Shown: positions 26,234-36,203, counted from the stretch's first letter. The stretch is DNA of 64,000 nucleotides from Candidatus Gottesmanbacteria bacterium RIFCSPHIGHO2_02_FULL_39_11 (GCA_001779195.1 MFJL01000026.1:3226-67225), one strand, 5' to 3'. The notes: generated from the letters alone by a model not told the origin. A program made the numbers and translations.

Positions 26234-26316
26234 AATCCTCCAAAACCCTCCACCCTCCAGCCAAAACCCTCCAAAAACCCTCCACCCAAACCCTCCACCC
26301 TCCAGGTGGAAATGAG
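26234..26316. repeat. C-rich degenerate tandem array (AAACCCTCCA-like units, ~6 copies) ending in hairpin cctccaccctccaggtgg; G-rich on the minus strand
   Basis: Seen directly. The minus strand reads GGAGGGTGGAGGGTTTGGGTGGAGGGTTTTTGGAGGGTTTTGGCTGGAGGGTGGAGGG with at least 8 GGG tracts. Single-unit copies of the terminal hairpin lie at 24123-24144 and 25087-25108, each just 3' of a minus-strand gene. Confidence 0.7.
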
Positions 26317-26348
26317 TCCACACCTGCTTTTTATTTTTTTCAGAATCT

Positions 26349-26422
26349 TGGCTGCCCAGCTTGGATTCGAACCAAGATACCATCCTCCAGAGGGACGTGT
26401 CCTACCGTTAGACGACCGGGCA
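26349..26422 (-). tRNA. tRNA-Gln (anticodon CUG), CCA encoded
   Basis: Hand-folded cloverleaf: acceptor TGCCCGG/CTGGGCA, D-arm GTCT..GGAC, anticodon stem CGTCC/GGATG with loop CTCTGGA, T-arm CTTGG-TTCGAATC-CCAAG, and 3' G-CCA. Confidence 0.75.
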
Positions 26423-26481
26423 ATAATAATGAAATATCCTAACGATTGTATCATTTTTCTGCTAAAATCGGGATAACTCTT

Positions 26482-27192
26482 ATGTCCAGGCTCGTTACTC
26501 TCAAAAAAGAACTCAACTCTTTAGGCAGTTCCCAAAAAGCAAAAGCGTCGGCATGGTTTTTTAAAACCGGAAAAGGTGAATACGGAGAAGGAGACAAATT
26601 TATAGGGGTAACCTTACCGGAACAAAGAGGTATAGCCAAAAAATATTTCGATCTTCCGCTTAAGGATATTGAAAGACTATTAAATAGTCCTATTCACGAA
26701 CACAGATCAGTTGCTCTTATTATCTTGGTCAACCAATACCAAAAATCCGATAAAAAGAAACAAAAAGAAATTTTTAACTTCTATCTTTCACATACAAAAA
26801 GAATTAATAACTGGGATTTAGTCGATTGTTCAGCCGGATATATCGTAGGGGGATATTTAATTGATAAGCAGGTTACCATTCTCTCTAAATTAACAGAGTC
26901 TAAAAATATATGGGAAAGGCGTATTTCGATACTTGCAACTTTTAAATTTATATACAACGGCAGATACAAAGAGACATTTCTTATCGCAGAAAAACTTTTG
27001 GCTGATAAACATGACTTGATCCATAAAGCTGTCGGATGGATGCTTCGTGAGACGGGAAAAAGATGCGGTGAGGACATTGAAGAGGAATTTCTAAAAAAGC
27101 ATTATAAGAAAATGCCAAGGACTTCCCTGAGGTATGCTATCGAAAGGTTTTCAAAAGAAAAGAAATTTCAGTATCTTAAAGGTTTAGTTTAA
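26482..27192 (+). CDS. DNA alkylation repair enzyme (AlkD/AlkC-like HEAT-repeat glycosylase family)
   Basis: N-terminal KASAWFFKTG...VTLPEQRGIAKKY and WDLVDCSAGYIVG motifs typical of the DNA alkylation repair family (from memory). ATG at 26482; an alternative TTG at 26446. Confidence 0.65.
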   Translation: MSRLVTLKKELNSLGSSQKAKASAWFFKTGKGEYGEGDKFIGVTLPEQRGIAKKYFDLPLKDIERLLNSPIHEHRSVALIILVNQYQKSDKKKQKEIFNFYLSHTKRINNWDLVDCSAGYIVGGYLIDKQVTILSKLTESKNIWERRISILATFKFIYNGRYKETFLIAEKLLADKHDLIHKAVGWMLRETGKRCGEDIEEEFLKKHYKKMPRTSLRYAIERFSKEKKFQYLKGLV

Positions 27193-27231
27193 AATCACTA
27201 AGCGGGTGACCCGGAATCCAGTTGCAGGGCA

Positions 27232-28626
27232 ATGCAGGAAAGAATGAAGAAAAAAAATTTAATCCTATGGTTGATTTTACTTTTCGCGTTTATTTTTTAC
27301 TCCTCGTCTCTTTCCTTCTTTTTCATATCAGATGACTTTTTTCATATAAGTTTTAATCGCCTGGCTGAAATTTTTAAAATCAGTCCTTCGTATAACCACT
27401 ACATTCCTGTTTTTTTAAGTTCCCTTTTTATTATAAAAAAACTTTTTGGAACTAATCCTTTTGTCTTTCATTTGTATGTAGTTTTACTGCATATTTTAAA
27501 TATTTTTCTGGTATATGTTTTTACAAAAGAATTTTTAAAAAGTTCACGAAAAGCACTCATTGTTTCTCTTCTTTTTTCTTTTTTCTACTCCCACTATGAA
27601 GCAGTTTACTGGATCACGGGAACGACAAATTCTCTTATGACTTTGTTTTATTTATTATCCCTTATTTCGTTTCAAATGTTTACTAAAACAAGAAAAAATA
27701 TTTGCTTGGTTTTTACAGGAGTACTAATACCCCTCGCATTTCTCTCCCATGAGCATGCAATCACATTAATTCCAATAATTATCTGTTATGGAATTTACAG
27801 AAAAGTTAGAGTTAAGAATTACAAAATTCTCCTCCTGCCTATATTTCTGTTTTGTTTTATCTCAATTTTAAAAATTGAAAATACTCATTTAGAGGTGGTA
27901 AAAATAGCAACTTTTTCTCAATTCTACCAATCCGTTATTAGATCAAATATATATCTGTTAATTCCTATTCCATTTATAGTAGATAACATTCCGAAAGGAA
28001 TACCCCTGCTTGCTTTCTTAATTTTAATGATTATTATCTTTATATTAATAAAAAAAGAAACAAAACTTTTGTTCTGCTTAATTTGGCTGGAAATTCACAT
28101 ATTGCTTTTTTCATCAACCAGCCTTCCTCAGCCGAGATATTTTTATTTGGCATCCATACCGGCACTCTGTTTAATTATATCTTTCCTCTCTTACTTTAAG
28201 AAAAACGTGCAGTTTGTGCCTTATATGTTTCTACTTATCGGTTTTATTATTTTCCTATCAAATAGAAGCAGGGAATGGAAAGAGACAAGTATGATTATGC
28301 GCCAAACAATAACTTCTTTAAATACTATGTACTCAAGATTTTCTAAAGATAAAAAAGTATATTTTGTAAATCTTCCCGATTCTCTTAATGGACCTCCATG
28401 GAACGCGTATCTGTTTAGAAATGGAGTTGAAAGATTAATTGAATATGCATCTGGAATACTCCCTAATAATATTTATTATCTGAAGACAGTGAAAAATAAT
28501 ATATTACTTAGAAATGATCCATACATTAATACTAAAGAATTATATAGAATAAATAATTCAGCAGTTATGTTGTATAAAGAAGGAAAATTGTATTTTAGTG
28601 AGAGAAAAATAAAAGAAGAAAAATAA
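27232..28626 (+). CDS. large polytopic membrane protein, putative GT-C-type glycosyltransferase (ArnT/PMT-like)
   Basis: More than 10 predicted TM helices; an N-terminal FISDDFFH acidic loop motif is reminiscent of GT-C glycosyltransferases. Weak. Confidence 0.35.
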   Translation: MQERMKKKNLILWLILLFAFIFYSSSLSFFFISDDFFHISFNRLAEIFKISPSYNHYIPVFLSSLFIIKKLFGTNPFVFHLYVVLLHILNIFLVYVFTKEFLKSSRKALIVSLLFSFFYSHYEAVYWITGTTNSLMTLFYLLSLISFQMFTKTRKNICLVFTGVLIPLAFLSHEHAITLIPIIICYGIYRKVRVKNYKILLLPIFLFCFISILKIENTHLEVVKIATFSQFYQSVIRSNIYLLIPIPFIVDNIPKGIPLLAFLILMIIIFILIKKETKLLFCLIWLEIHILLFSSTSLPQPRYFYLASIPALCLIISFLSYFKKNVQFVPYMFLLIGFIIFLSNRSREWKETSMIMRQTITSLNTMYSRFSKDKKVYFVNLPDSLNGPPWNAYLFRNGVERLIEYASGILPNNIYYLKTVKNNILLRNDPYINTKELYRINNSAVMLYKEGKLYFSERKIKEEK

Positions 28627-29368
28627 GTGCCAGAATAATTCTGTAGATTCCAAAGATTTTTAATGAATGATTTTTTATATATTCGATAAAATATTTAATA
28701 GCAATTAATGCAGTAACAAATGCACCGATAAACCCGATAAGAAGAAGCATCCATTCGTTTGTTGAGTATGAAAATCCGACCTTTAACATGTCTAAAAGTG
28801 TTGCACCCAAAATAGTCGGAATTGCAAGAAGAAATGAAAACTCTACGGCGTGAACCTTGTCAAATCCGGCCATCTGTCCGCCGATAATAGTTGCCGCCGA
28901 ACGGGACACTCCGGGAATAATTGAGAATACCTGATACAGCCCAATTCCCATAGCTTCTTTGGCATTCATCTTTTCAATTGATTTGTCATGTTTTTCTTTG
29001 GGCAAAAGTTTCTCAAAACTGACAAGAATAACTCCTCCGATAAAAAGTGCTGCAACCGTGATCCAAATATTTCCGATTAATAATCCCTTGATGAATTTAT
29101 ACAGTACAAAGCCTGCCACTCCGGCCGGAACAAAGGAAATAATAATTGGCCGGATAAGTTTTTTATTATCAAGAATTTTTTTAGCATATAAAATAATTAC
29201 TGAAAATATCGATCCGAGTTGAATAAAAATTTCAAAACTTTTTACAAAATCAGTTTGGGCAACTCCTAAAATTTTGGAAGCGAGAATCAAATGACCTGTC
29301 GAGGATATGGGAAGAAATTCCGTAACTCCTTCAACCATTGATAAAATAATAGCCTGGAGAATGTTCAT
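28595..29368 (-). CDS. uppP: undecaprenyl-diphosphate phosphatase
   Basis: The N-terminus (AIILSMVEGVTEFLPISSTGHLIL) and 8-TM layout are the UppP/BacA signature. Confidence 0.9.
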   Translation of the reverse strand: MNILQAIILSMVEGVTEFLPISSTGHLILASKILGVAQTDFVKSFEIFIQLGSIFSVIILYAKKILDNKKLIRPIIISFVPAGVAGFVLYKFIKGLLIGNIWITVAALFIGGVILVSFEKLLPKEKHDKSIEKMNAKEAMGIGLYQVFSIIPGVSRSAATIIGGQMAGFDKVHAVEFSFLLAIPTILGATLLDMLKVGFSYSTNEWMLLLIGFIGAFVTALIAIKYFIEYIKNHSLKIFGIYRIILALIFLLLFFSH

Positions 29369-29375
29369 TTCTTAT

Positions 29376-29466
29376 TGTCATTCATAACTTCATGTGCGAT
29401 CAAACATAGACTCCCGCCTTCCCATAAAAACTCTAACGAGTTTTCAGGGTAAACGCGGGAATGACA
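29376..29466. repeat. palindromic intergenic repeat, family A module (TGTCATTC ... GGGTAAACGCGGGAATGACA), inverted orientation
   Basis: The same ~55-nt core recurs at 52741-52797, 55583-55635 and 57927-57985. Confidence 0.7.
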
Positions 29467-29470
29467 TCTC

Positions 29471-29782
29471 CTACTTTTTCTTTTTCTTCTCTTCTTTTTT
29501 AGTCTCTTTCTCTTTTTCCTCTTCGGGCACATCTCCGAGCTGTTCATCAGTTGCGGTAAGAATTGAGAACAATATAAACCCAGCAAATACCGGCATTATA
29601 AGAGTAAATCGGGTTACTTCATCTTTTACTTTAACCAAAATTCCAAGCGTTAAAATAACGGCAATAACCGCCGCCCAAACCATGGGCTTGTTTTCTTTGT
29701 ATATTTTATTTAAGAGTTTCATAAATAGGATATTAATTATTAATAGTACCATTATGCTATGGTAAGGTAGTATAATTGTCAA
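29471..29782 (-). CDS. small membrane protein with K/E-rich C-terminal tail
   Basis: Three TM helices then EEEKEKETKKEEKKKKK. Confidence 0.3.
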   Translation of the reverse strand: MTIILPYHSIMVLLIINILFMKLLNKIYKENKPMVWAAVIAVILTLGILVKVKDEVTRFTLIMPVFAGFILFSILTATDEQLGDVPEEEKEKETKKEEKKKKK

Positions 29783-29786
29783 GGTT

Positions 29787-30650
29787 ATGAAGTCGGGCTA
29801 CGTCGCAATCACCGGAAAACCAAATGTAGGGAAGTCTACACTTCTTAATAATATTTTGGGACAAAAAGTATCTATCACCTCTCCCAAGCCGCAGACTACT
29901 AGGCAGTCCATCGAAGCCGTGTATGAAGATAAGAGAGGTCAGATAATTTTTGTCGATACTCCGGGAATTTTTAAAAAAGTTGAAGATCCGGTTTCTGCAA
30001 AAATAAACCTCGTTGCTCCAAAAGCTTTGGGTAGGGAAATCGCCGTTGCTGTCTATGTAATTGATCCATCCCGGGAACGGGATGAGGAAGACAATAAAGT
30101 TTTGGGGATGGTGCGTAAAATGAAAATTCCGAAAATTCTCGCTATAAATAAAATGGATATTAAGCATCCTTCTTTTCTTCCCCACTATAAATTCATGGAA
30201 GAAGAATTTGATAAAGTTGTCACCATATCGGGAATGTATAAATTAAACACCAACTATCTTATAGATGCCATTTTCGAATTACTTCCGGAAGGGGAGCCCA
30301 TCGTTAAACCGGGACCGCGTGCTACTCCTCTTTTAAATTTGGACAGCAAGCTTTTTATAGGAGAGCTTATACGGGAAAAAGCATATATATTCCTAAGAAA
30401 AGAACTTCCCTATACATTGGGAACGGTTGTTGATGAAGTTACGGAAAGAGACCAAAATTTGACGTATGTAAAAGCCCGGATTCTGACAACTACTGATAAA
30501 TATAAAAAAATGATTATTGGGAGTCACGGAAGAATGATAAAAGAAATCGGAATGGCGGCACGGAAAGAACTGGAAACTGCAACCGGAAAAAAATTCTTCA
30601 TAGATCTGACTGTTGAAGAAAACCCTCACTGGATAGAGACATTACTATAA
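29787..30650 (+). CDS. era: GTPase Era
   Basis: G1 GKPNVGKST, G3 DTPG, G4 NKMD, C-terminal KH domain. Confidence 0.9.
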   Translation: MKSGYVAITGKPNVGKSTLLNNILGQKVSITSPKPQTTRQSIEAVYEDKRGQIIFVDTPGIFKKVEDPVSAKINLVAPKALGREIAVAVYVIDPSRERDEEDNKVLGMVRKMKIPKILAINKMDIKHPSFLPHYKFMEEEFDKVVTISGMYKLNTNYLIDAIFELLPEGEPIVKPGPRATPLLNLDSKLFIGELIREKAYIFLRKELPYTLGTVVDEVTERDQNLTYVKARILTTTDKYKKMIIGSHGRMIKEIGMAARKELETATGKKFFIDLTVEENPHWIETLL

Positions 30651-30654
30651 GAAT

Positions 30655-31251
30655 TTATTTTAATGGTTTTTTTACTAAATATTCTTTTACTTTATTAAAT
30701 GCTTTTCCGCGATGACTTATTTGGTTTTTTTCTTCCATACTTGCCTCTGCAAAGGTTTTCTTCAGGTCAAATGAATAAAAGATGGGATCGTATCCAAATC
30801 CGTTTCCTCCATCGGGCTTTGTGGTAATTTTCCCTTCACTTATTCCTTCAAACGTTTTTATTTCTTTGGTTAAGGGATTGTATAAAGCAACAACTTCACA
30901 GTACCGGGCAGATCTTTTACCTTCGGGAATATTTTTCATTTCTTTAAGGATCTGGCTGGTCCGATCAGAGTCACTCCCTTCACTATATCGGGCAGAGTAT
31001 ATTCCGGGTTTCCCACCTAAAGCATCTATTTCAAGCCCTGAGTCCTCCGCAAGAGTTAACAGACCGGTTTTTTCTCCCCAATACTGTGCTTTTAATCGTG
31101 CATTTTCCTCAAATGTTTTTCCCGTTTCTTCCGCTTGACCGTGCTTATTAATATCCTTAGGTGAAACAACTCCCAGAGATAAATCCTTAATTAATTCTTT
31201 AATTTCCTGAAGTTTATGAGCGTTTGTGGTTGCAATAAGAAGTTTTTGCAT
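30655..31251 (-). CDS. rdgB: non-canonical purine NTP pyrophosphatase (RdgB/Ham1)
   Basis: LLIATTNAHKLQEI N-terminus; Ham1 family length and motifs. Confidence 0.85.
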   Translation of the reverse strand: MQKLLIATTNAHKLQEIKELIKDLSLGVVSPKDINKHGQAEETGKTFEENARLKAQYWGEKTGLLTLAEDSGLEIDALGGKPGIYSARYSEGSDSDRTSQILKEMKNIPEGKRSARYCEVVALYNPLTKEIKTFEGISEGKITTKPDGGNGFGYDPIFYSFDLKKTFAEASMEEKNQISHRGKAFNKVKEYLVKKPLK

Positions 31252-31266
31252 GAATTATTGGGGTAA

Positions 31267-32682
31267 TTAGACTAATTTTAATCTTTCTGTACTCTCTTCT
31301 TTCCCCAAAATTTCCATCGATTCATTTAAGGGTGGACTTACTTTTCGTCCGGTAACTGCTATTCTTACCGCCATAAAATAATCCGATGATTTTTTGCCGG
31401 TCTCGTTGACAACTTGTTGCATTGCTTCCCCAATAGATACAGCATCCCATTTTTTAACCGATTTTAATTTTTCCGAAGTTTTAGCAAAAATATCTTTCCA
31501 CGCTTTAATATCAATTTCATAAGCAGTCGGTTTTTCAAAAAAGAAAGAACTAAGAGGTAAATAATCGGAAAACTTTTTTATTCTCTCTTTAACCAGAGGA
31601 ATTGTTTTTCCAATAATTTCTTCCGGATAGTTATGATCTAAATAATTTGAAATTTGATCTTTGAGCTTTGGATTTTCCGTTTTACGGATATATTCCCCGT
31701 TTACCCACTCCAGTTTTTTCAAATCAAAAGAAGGGCCTACTGCTTTAAGATGTGCGATATCAAACTTTTTTATCATTTCCTCTATCGTGTATATCTCGAT
31801 ATCACCCGGATAAGACCATCCCATCTGTGCAAGATAATTTAAAATTGCTTCGGGCAAAAATCCCTGATCTTTATACCAACTAGCCCACACGGGATTTTTT
31901 CTTTTGGAAAGTTTTGAGTGATCCGGATTTCTGATAAGGGGCACATGACAAAATACAGGCAATTCCCAACCCAGATAGTGATAAAGAAGAATATGTTTTG
32001 GGGTGGACGAAATCCAGTCTTCGGCACGAATTACATGAGATATTCCCATAAGATAATCATCAACGACAACTGCTAAATGATAGGTGGGATATCCATCTGA
32101 TTTTAAAAGCACCTGATCATCAATAAGTTTATTTTCAAATGTGACTTTCCCCCGTATTACATCTTCAAACTGAGTAGTTCCGCTATCTGGTACATTTAAT
32201 CGAATTACATACTTTTCGTTCAATGATCTTTTTTTTGCTTCTTTAGAATTGATATTTTTGCAAAAGCCATCGTATAAAGTAGGTTCTTTTCTTGCGATTT
32301 GTCCTTTTCTCATTTCCTCAAGCCGTGCACTTGTGCAAAAACAATAATAAGCTTTTCCTTTTCCAACAAGTTCCTCGGCATATTTTTTATAAAAATTGAG
32401 TCTTTCTGATTGACGATATGGTCCATATTTACCTTCTGTATCGGGTCCTTCATCATAATCAAGATCAAACCATTTTAAGGAATTTAAAATCCGTGCTTCT
32501 GACCCCTGTACATACCGGGTCCGGTCGGTATCTTCAATCCGTACGATAAATATGCCGTTATTTTTTTTAGCATAAACGTAGTTAAGTAGAGCTGTGTATA
32601 CATTTCCTATATGAAGATCTTCTCCTGTTGGAGAAGGTGCGATGCGCACTCGGACTGGTTTTATCATGCGCTTATTATACAC
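31267..32682 (-). CDS. gltX: glutamate--tRNA ligase
   Basis: Class I HIGH-type motif (PSPTGEDLHIGN) and KLSKR motif (SKLSKRKN). Confidence 0.9.
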   Translation of the reverse strand: MYNKRMIKPVRVRIAPSPTGEDLHIGNVYTALLNYVYAKKNNGIFIVRIEDTDRTRYVQGSEARILNSLKWFDLDYDEGPDTEGKYGPYRQSERLNFYKKYAEELVGKGKAYYCFCTSARLEEMRKGQIARKEPTLYDGFCKNINSKEAKKRSLNEKYVIRLNVPDSGTTQFEDVIRGKVTFENKLIDDQVLLKSDGYPTYHLAVVVDDYLMGISHVIRAEDWISSTPKHILLYHYLGWELPVFCHVPLIRNPDHSKLSKRKNPVWASWYKDQGFLPEAILNYLAQMGWSYPGDIEIYTIEEMIKKFDIAHLKAVGPSFDLKKLEWVNGEYIRKTENPKLKDQISNYLDHNYPEEIIGKTIPLVKERIKKFSDYLPLSSFFFEKPTAYEIDIKAWKDIFAKTSEKLKSVKKWDAVSIGEAMQQVVNETGKKSSDYFMAVRIAVTGRKVSPPLNESMEILGKEESTERLKLV

Positions 32683-32731
32683 AACTTGCTACTTGATTCG
32701 TAATACGCAATACTTAATAAGCAGCACCTTT

Positions 32732-33784
32732 ATGTCTTCACTGACCCAAATCTCAATAAATGCCCGTAAAGCACTCGTCTTCGGTATTATCCTTTTTGTT
32801 GCATACCTTATATTAAATGCAATTTTCAACGCAGTTCTGAGATCTCTTCAGAAACCTCCACCTCCCTTTATACTCCTTCCTCAAAATGAATACGGACAGC
32901 TTCCCTCACCCAAGTTTACTACCGCTGAAAATACGGCAGGTATTAATCTCACCTTGGAAAATATAGAAGGACATCCTCCCGAATCAACAACCGCGGCAAA
33001 AGTATACAAATTTCCCGAAAGACTTTATACCAGCCTTTCTCTGGACCGGGCACGTGCATTCGGAAGAAATTTAGGATTCAGAGATGAACCCGTTGCTCAG
33101 TCCAAAACGTTATATTTATTCACCGATCCTAATAATCCCTTACGTACTTTACAAATAGATGTGGTGACTTTTAATTTCCAAATAAAATACAACTATGCTC
33201 AAAGTCCTGATCTTTTTAAAAATTTGCCAAATACAGGAAAAGATCAACTGGTGAAGGATGCCAGAAATTTTATCACACCGTTATTTGATTCGACTTTATT
33301 AGGAAATATAAAGAGCGATTATCTTAAAGTAGATGCAACCGGCACACAGCTTGTACCTGCCACTGATCGTTTTGATCCCATTCAGGGAGTGAAAATGAAT
33401 TTTTTCAGACCTAATTTGGACGGATTAAAAATAGTGACATCCCAATTTTTTGAAAGCCAGGTAAATCTGACTCACATACCTACCCCTGACATCAATACCA
33501 GCTTTCTTAATATTTCTTATACCTTTTGGCCTATTGCGTACGACTCATACAGTTTATACGGTATACGCACAGCTCTTCAGGCATGGCAGGATTTAAAAGA
33601 CGGATACGGAGCAGTAATATCTATGGGAAATAATACTCCCGAGAAAGTCGTCATCAGAGATATATATATGGCTTACTATGATTCTGAGGAAGAACAACCA
33701 TACTTGCAGCCGGTATATGTATTTGAGGGAGATAATGATTTTGTAGCGTATGTACCCGCGGTTTCTCCGGAACAATTGAATTAA
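32732..33784 (+). CDS. hypothetical secreted/membrane-anchored protein
   Basis: An internal Met followed by a TM/signal segment; no recognisable domain. Its 3' end overlaps the convergent dac gene by ~130 nt. Confidence 0.3.
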   Translation: MSSLTQISINARKALVFGIILFVAYLILNAIFNAVLRSLQKPPPPFILLPQNEYGQLPSPKFTTAENTAGINLTLENIEGHPPESTTAAKVYKFPERLYTSLSLDRARAFGRNLGFRDEPVAQSKTLYLFTDPNNPLRTLQIDVVTFNFQIKYNYAQSPDLFKNLPNTGKDQLVKDARNFITPLFDSTLLGNIKSDYLKVDATGTQLVPATDRFDPIQGVKMNFFRPNLDGLKIVTSQFFESQVNLTHIPTPDINTSFLNISYTFWPIAYDSYSLYGIRTALQAWQDLKDGYGAVISMGNNTPEKVVIRDIYMAYYDSEEEQPYLQPVYVFEGDNDFVAYVPAVSPEQLN

Positions 33785-34724
33785 TATCTTTCCACTGAAA
33801 ATTATCAAATATCCAATTCATCAGATGTTGCGTCTCTGTAAACCTGTCGGCACTTTTTAAAATGACAATCAGAACTCTATGATCATTTCTTTTTACTTCT
33901 GAGACCAGGATTTCTCCTCCTTCCTCGGTAAATCCGGTTTTAACTCCTGACACGCCGGGAATCCTTCCCAATAGCTCATTTACGTTTTTTAAATCATGAA
34001 AATATTGGTAATTTACATCTGAAACCGTTATCTCTTTGGTACCGACCATTTTGGTAAATACCGGATTTCTAAGACCCACTAAGGCCATTTGTGCAAGTTC
34101 TGATGCCGTTGTATACTGGTTGGTATTATCAAACCCGACGGGGTTTTGAAAATGGGTATTACTAAGCCCCATCTCCTTGGCAACCCGGTTCATCTCGGAA
34201 ACAAAATTTTCAACTCCTCCCGGATAGTTATCTGCCAGAGTGTAAGCAGCATCGTTTGCTGAGTCAACAAGTGTCGCGTATAGAACGTTTTCGGCAGTCA
34301 TCCTCTCACTGTTTACGAGTCCCATGGTTTTTCCCTCAGTAATTACCGTTTTAACCGTCAAAACATCATCCAGTTTGTAATGGTTGAGAGATACAAGAGC
34401 GGTCATAATTTTAGATGTTGAAGCAGGAGCAAGCCGTTCATTTTTATTTTTTGAATACAAAACGACTCCGGATGTAATATCTTTAACCAGAACTGCAGCA
34501 GCAGAAAGTAGAGGAGGAGGATTTTTTGTCTGATTTATAGGAATAGCAGGAGGAGCTGGCAAGACTGATTTTTCAGGAAGAGCATATCCGATGAGTTCAG
34601 GAGGGGTATAAAAATAGACATTTTGAGAAGGAAAAAGAGATATTAGAATGAGGAAAAGAACAAATATAATAATTCTTTGTTTGTGCTTTTTGAGATTTTT
34701 TAATTTAGAGCTGATCTTTTTCAT
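33654..34724 (-). CDS. D-alanyl-D-alanine carboxypeptidase (serine-type, PBP5/S11 family)
   Basis: SxxK (ASTSK), SxN (DSANDAA), KTG (VKTGFT) motifs; N-terminal signal/TM. Confidence 0.8.
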   Translation of the reverse strand: MKKISSKLKNLKKHKQRIIIFVLFLILISLFPSQNVYFYTPPELIGYALPEKSVLPAPPAIPINQTKNPPPLLSAAAVLVKDITSGVVLYSKNKNERLAPASTSKIMTALVSLNHYKLDDVLTVKTVITEGKTMGLVNSERMTAENVLYATLVDSANDAAYTLADNYPGGVENFVSEMNRVAKEMGLSNTHFQNPVGFDNTNQYTTASELAQMALVGLRNPVFTKMVGTKEITVSDVNYQYFHDLKNVNELLGRIPGVSGVKTGFTEEGGEILVSEVKRNDHRVLIVILKSADRFTETQHLMNWIFDNFQWKDINSIVPEKPRVHTLQNHYLPQIHIPAASMVVLPQNHSKPYIYL

Positions 34725-34769
34725 TCATTTATATGGAGCCGGTTCCCGGTTCTCTCGCGCAGCAAATTG

Positions 34770-36158
34770 TTATCTATTTTTAATCACTTTAATCCCCAAC
34801 TCTTTTAGCTGTTCACTAGAAAGCTGATTGGGAGCATCCATGACGGACGTTCTTCCTCCTGATGTCTGAGGAAAAGCAACTACTTCACGCAAATATTGCT
34901 CATTAGCCAGCATCATAATTAATCTTTCAACTCCAAAAGCGCATCCGCCGTGAGGAGGCGCCCCATAGGAAAATGCCTCCAGCATGTGTCCGAATTTTTC
35001 CCATATTTCTTTTTTTTCGTATCCCAGTATTCCAAAAACTGCTTCCAGAATCTCAGGACGGTGAGCTCTAGTGCTTCCTCCTCCTACTTCAAACCCATTA
35101 CAGACTAAATCATATTGAGTTGTAAGAATACCTTCAATATTTCGCTTATTTAATAAGTCCTTAATAAATTCATCTTTGGGTTTTGAAAACGGATTATGGG
35201 TAAATGTCCATTTTCCTTCTTTGTCTTTTTCAAAAAATGGAAAATCTACAACCCATGCAAATGCTTTTACTCCGTTTTTCTTCTCTTCTTCATTTCTTAA
35301 ATCGAATTTGTCGCTTGCAAATTTTTCCATTGCTTCTTTATAGGTAAGTACTGGAAATGGTTTTTGTTTTATTTTAACGTCAAAACTTTCAAAAACCTGC
35401 GTAATCATTTCCTCCAAAATTTCCATCACATCTTCCCTTTCTATAAAACTCATTTCCAAATCAATTTGGGTATGTTCAAATCCCCGGTCAGCGCGCAAAT
35501 CTTCATCGCGCAGACACCGTGCAATTTGGAAATATCTCTCAAATCCGGCTACCATCAGAAGCTGTTTATATTGCTGGGGTGATTGAGGAAGTGCGTAGAA
35601 ATTTCCCTGCTGAAGTCGGGAAGGTACGACAAAATCCCGCGAGCCTTCAGGAGTTGACTTAGTCAAAAGAGGAGTTTCAATTTCACAAAAATCTTTTGAA
35701 AAAAGAAATTCGCGGACCTTTTGTACAAACTGAGAACGAAGTCTGATGTTTTTAGTAAGTCTGTCTCTTCGAAGATCCAGATATCGATATTTTAATCTCG
35801 ACTCTTCGTTAACATCGTATCCATCGCCGTCAATTGGAATCGGTAATTCTTTTGCTTTTGATACAATCTCAAGGGATTTTATCTCCACTTCGACTTTCCC
35901 GGTTGCTATTTTAGGATTTACCATTTTAACAGGTCTCTCTTTAACCAAACCGGCAATTTTCACAACATCCTCAGTTGTTATATTTTCTTTAAGGTTGACT
36001 CCTACACATTGGATAAACCCGCTCCTGTCGCGAAGATCTATAAACATGACTTTTCCATGATCACGCCGGGTCGCGACCCATCCCATGAGAGTTACTTCTT
36101 TTCCAACTTCTCGAACTGAGTCAGCAATTAATATTCGTTTCATAAATACTCTTGTCAT
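34770..36158 (-). CDS. aspS: aspartate--tRNA ligase, archaeal/eukaryal-type (possibly non-discriminating)
   Basis: Class II motifs, QSPQQYKQ signature of Asp/Asn synthetases, C-terminal GGGSTRAHR...GAPPHGGCAFGVERL; ~460 aa. Confidence 0.75.
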   Translation of the reverse strand: MTRVFMKRILIADSVREVGKEVTLMGWVATRRDHGKVMFIDLRDRSGFIQCVGVNLKENITTEDVVKIAGLVKERPVKMVNPKIATGKVEVEIKSLEIVSKAKELPIPIDGDGYDVNEESRLKYRYLDLRRDRLTKNIRLRSQFVQKVREFLFSKDFCEIETPLLTKSTPEGSRDFVVPSRLQQGNFYALPQSPQQYKQLLMVAGFERYFQIARCLRDEDLRADRGFEHTQIDLEMSFIEREDVMEILEEMITQVFESFDVKIKQKPFPVLTYKEAMEKFASDKFDLRNEEEKKNGVKAFAWVVDFPFFEKDKEGKWTFTHNPFSKPKDEFIKDLLNKRNIEGILTTQYDLVCNGFEVGGGSTRAHRPEILEAVFGILGYEKKEIWEKFGHMLEAFSYGAPPHGGCAFGVERLIMMLANEQYLREVVAFPQTSGGRTSVMDAPNQLSSEQLKELGIKVIKNR

Positions 36159-36203
36159 CCCCGCAATGGATCCTTCTCCCGTCAGGGCGGGGTCAGGATG
36201 ACA
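36154..36203. repeat. palindromic repeat, family D (TGTCATCCCCGC...GCGGGGTCAGGATGACA)
   Basis: Hairpin with TGTCATCC/GGATGACA termini; related copies at 38960-38997 and 55513-55540. Confidence 0.7.

Noticed and set aside
26349-26422. Possibility that the 22-bp cctccaccctccaggtgg repeats are tRNA-Gln 3' fragments marking att sites
   Set aside because: Similarity to the tRNA is only a 9-nt atcctcca stretch. It is not enough to claim tRNA-derived att duplications, so it is kept only as a hypothesis within the G4/repeat finding.
26209-26454. 81-aa minus-strand ORF covering the tRNA-Gln and C-rich repeat array
   Set aside because: It overlaps a clear tRNA and a simple repeat. The 117-aa plus-strand ORF 26089-26442 is rejected for the same reason.
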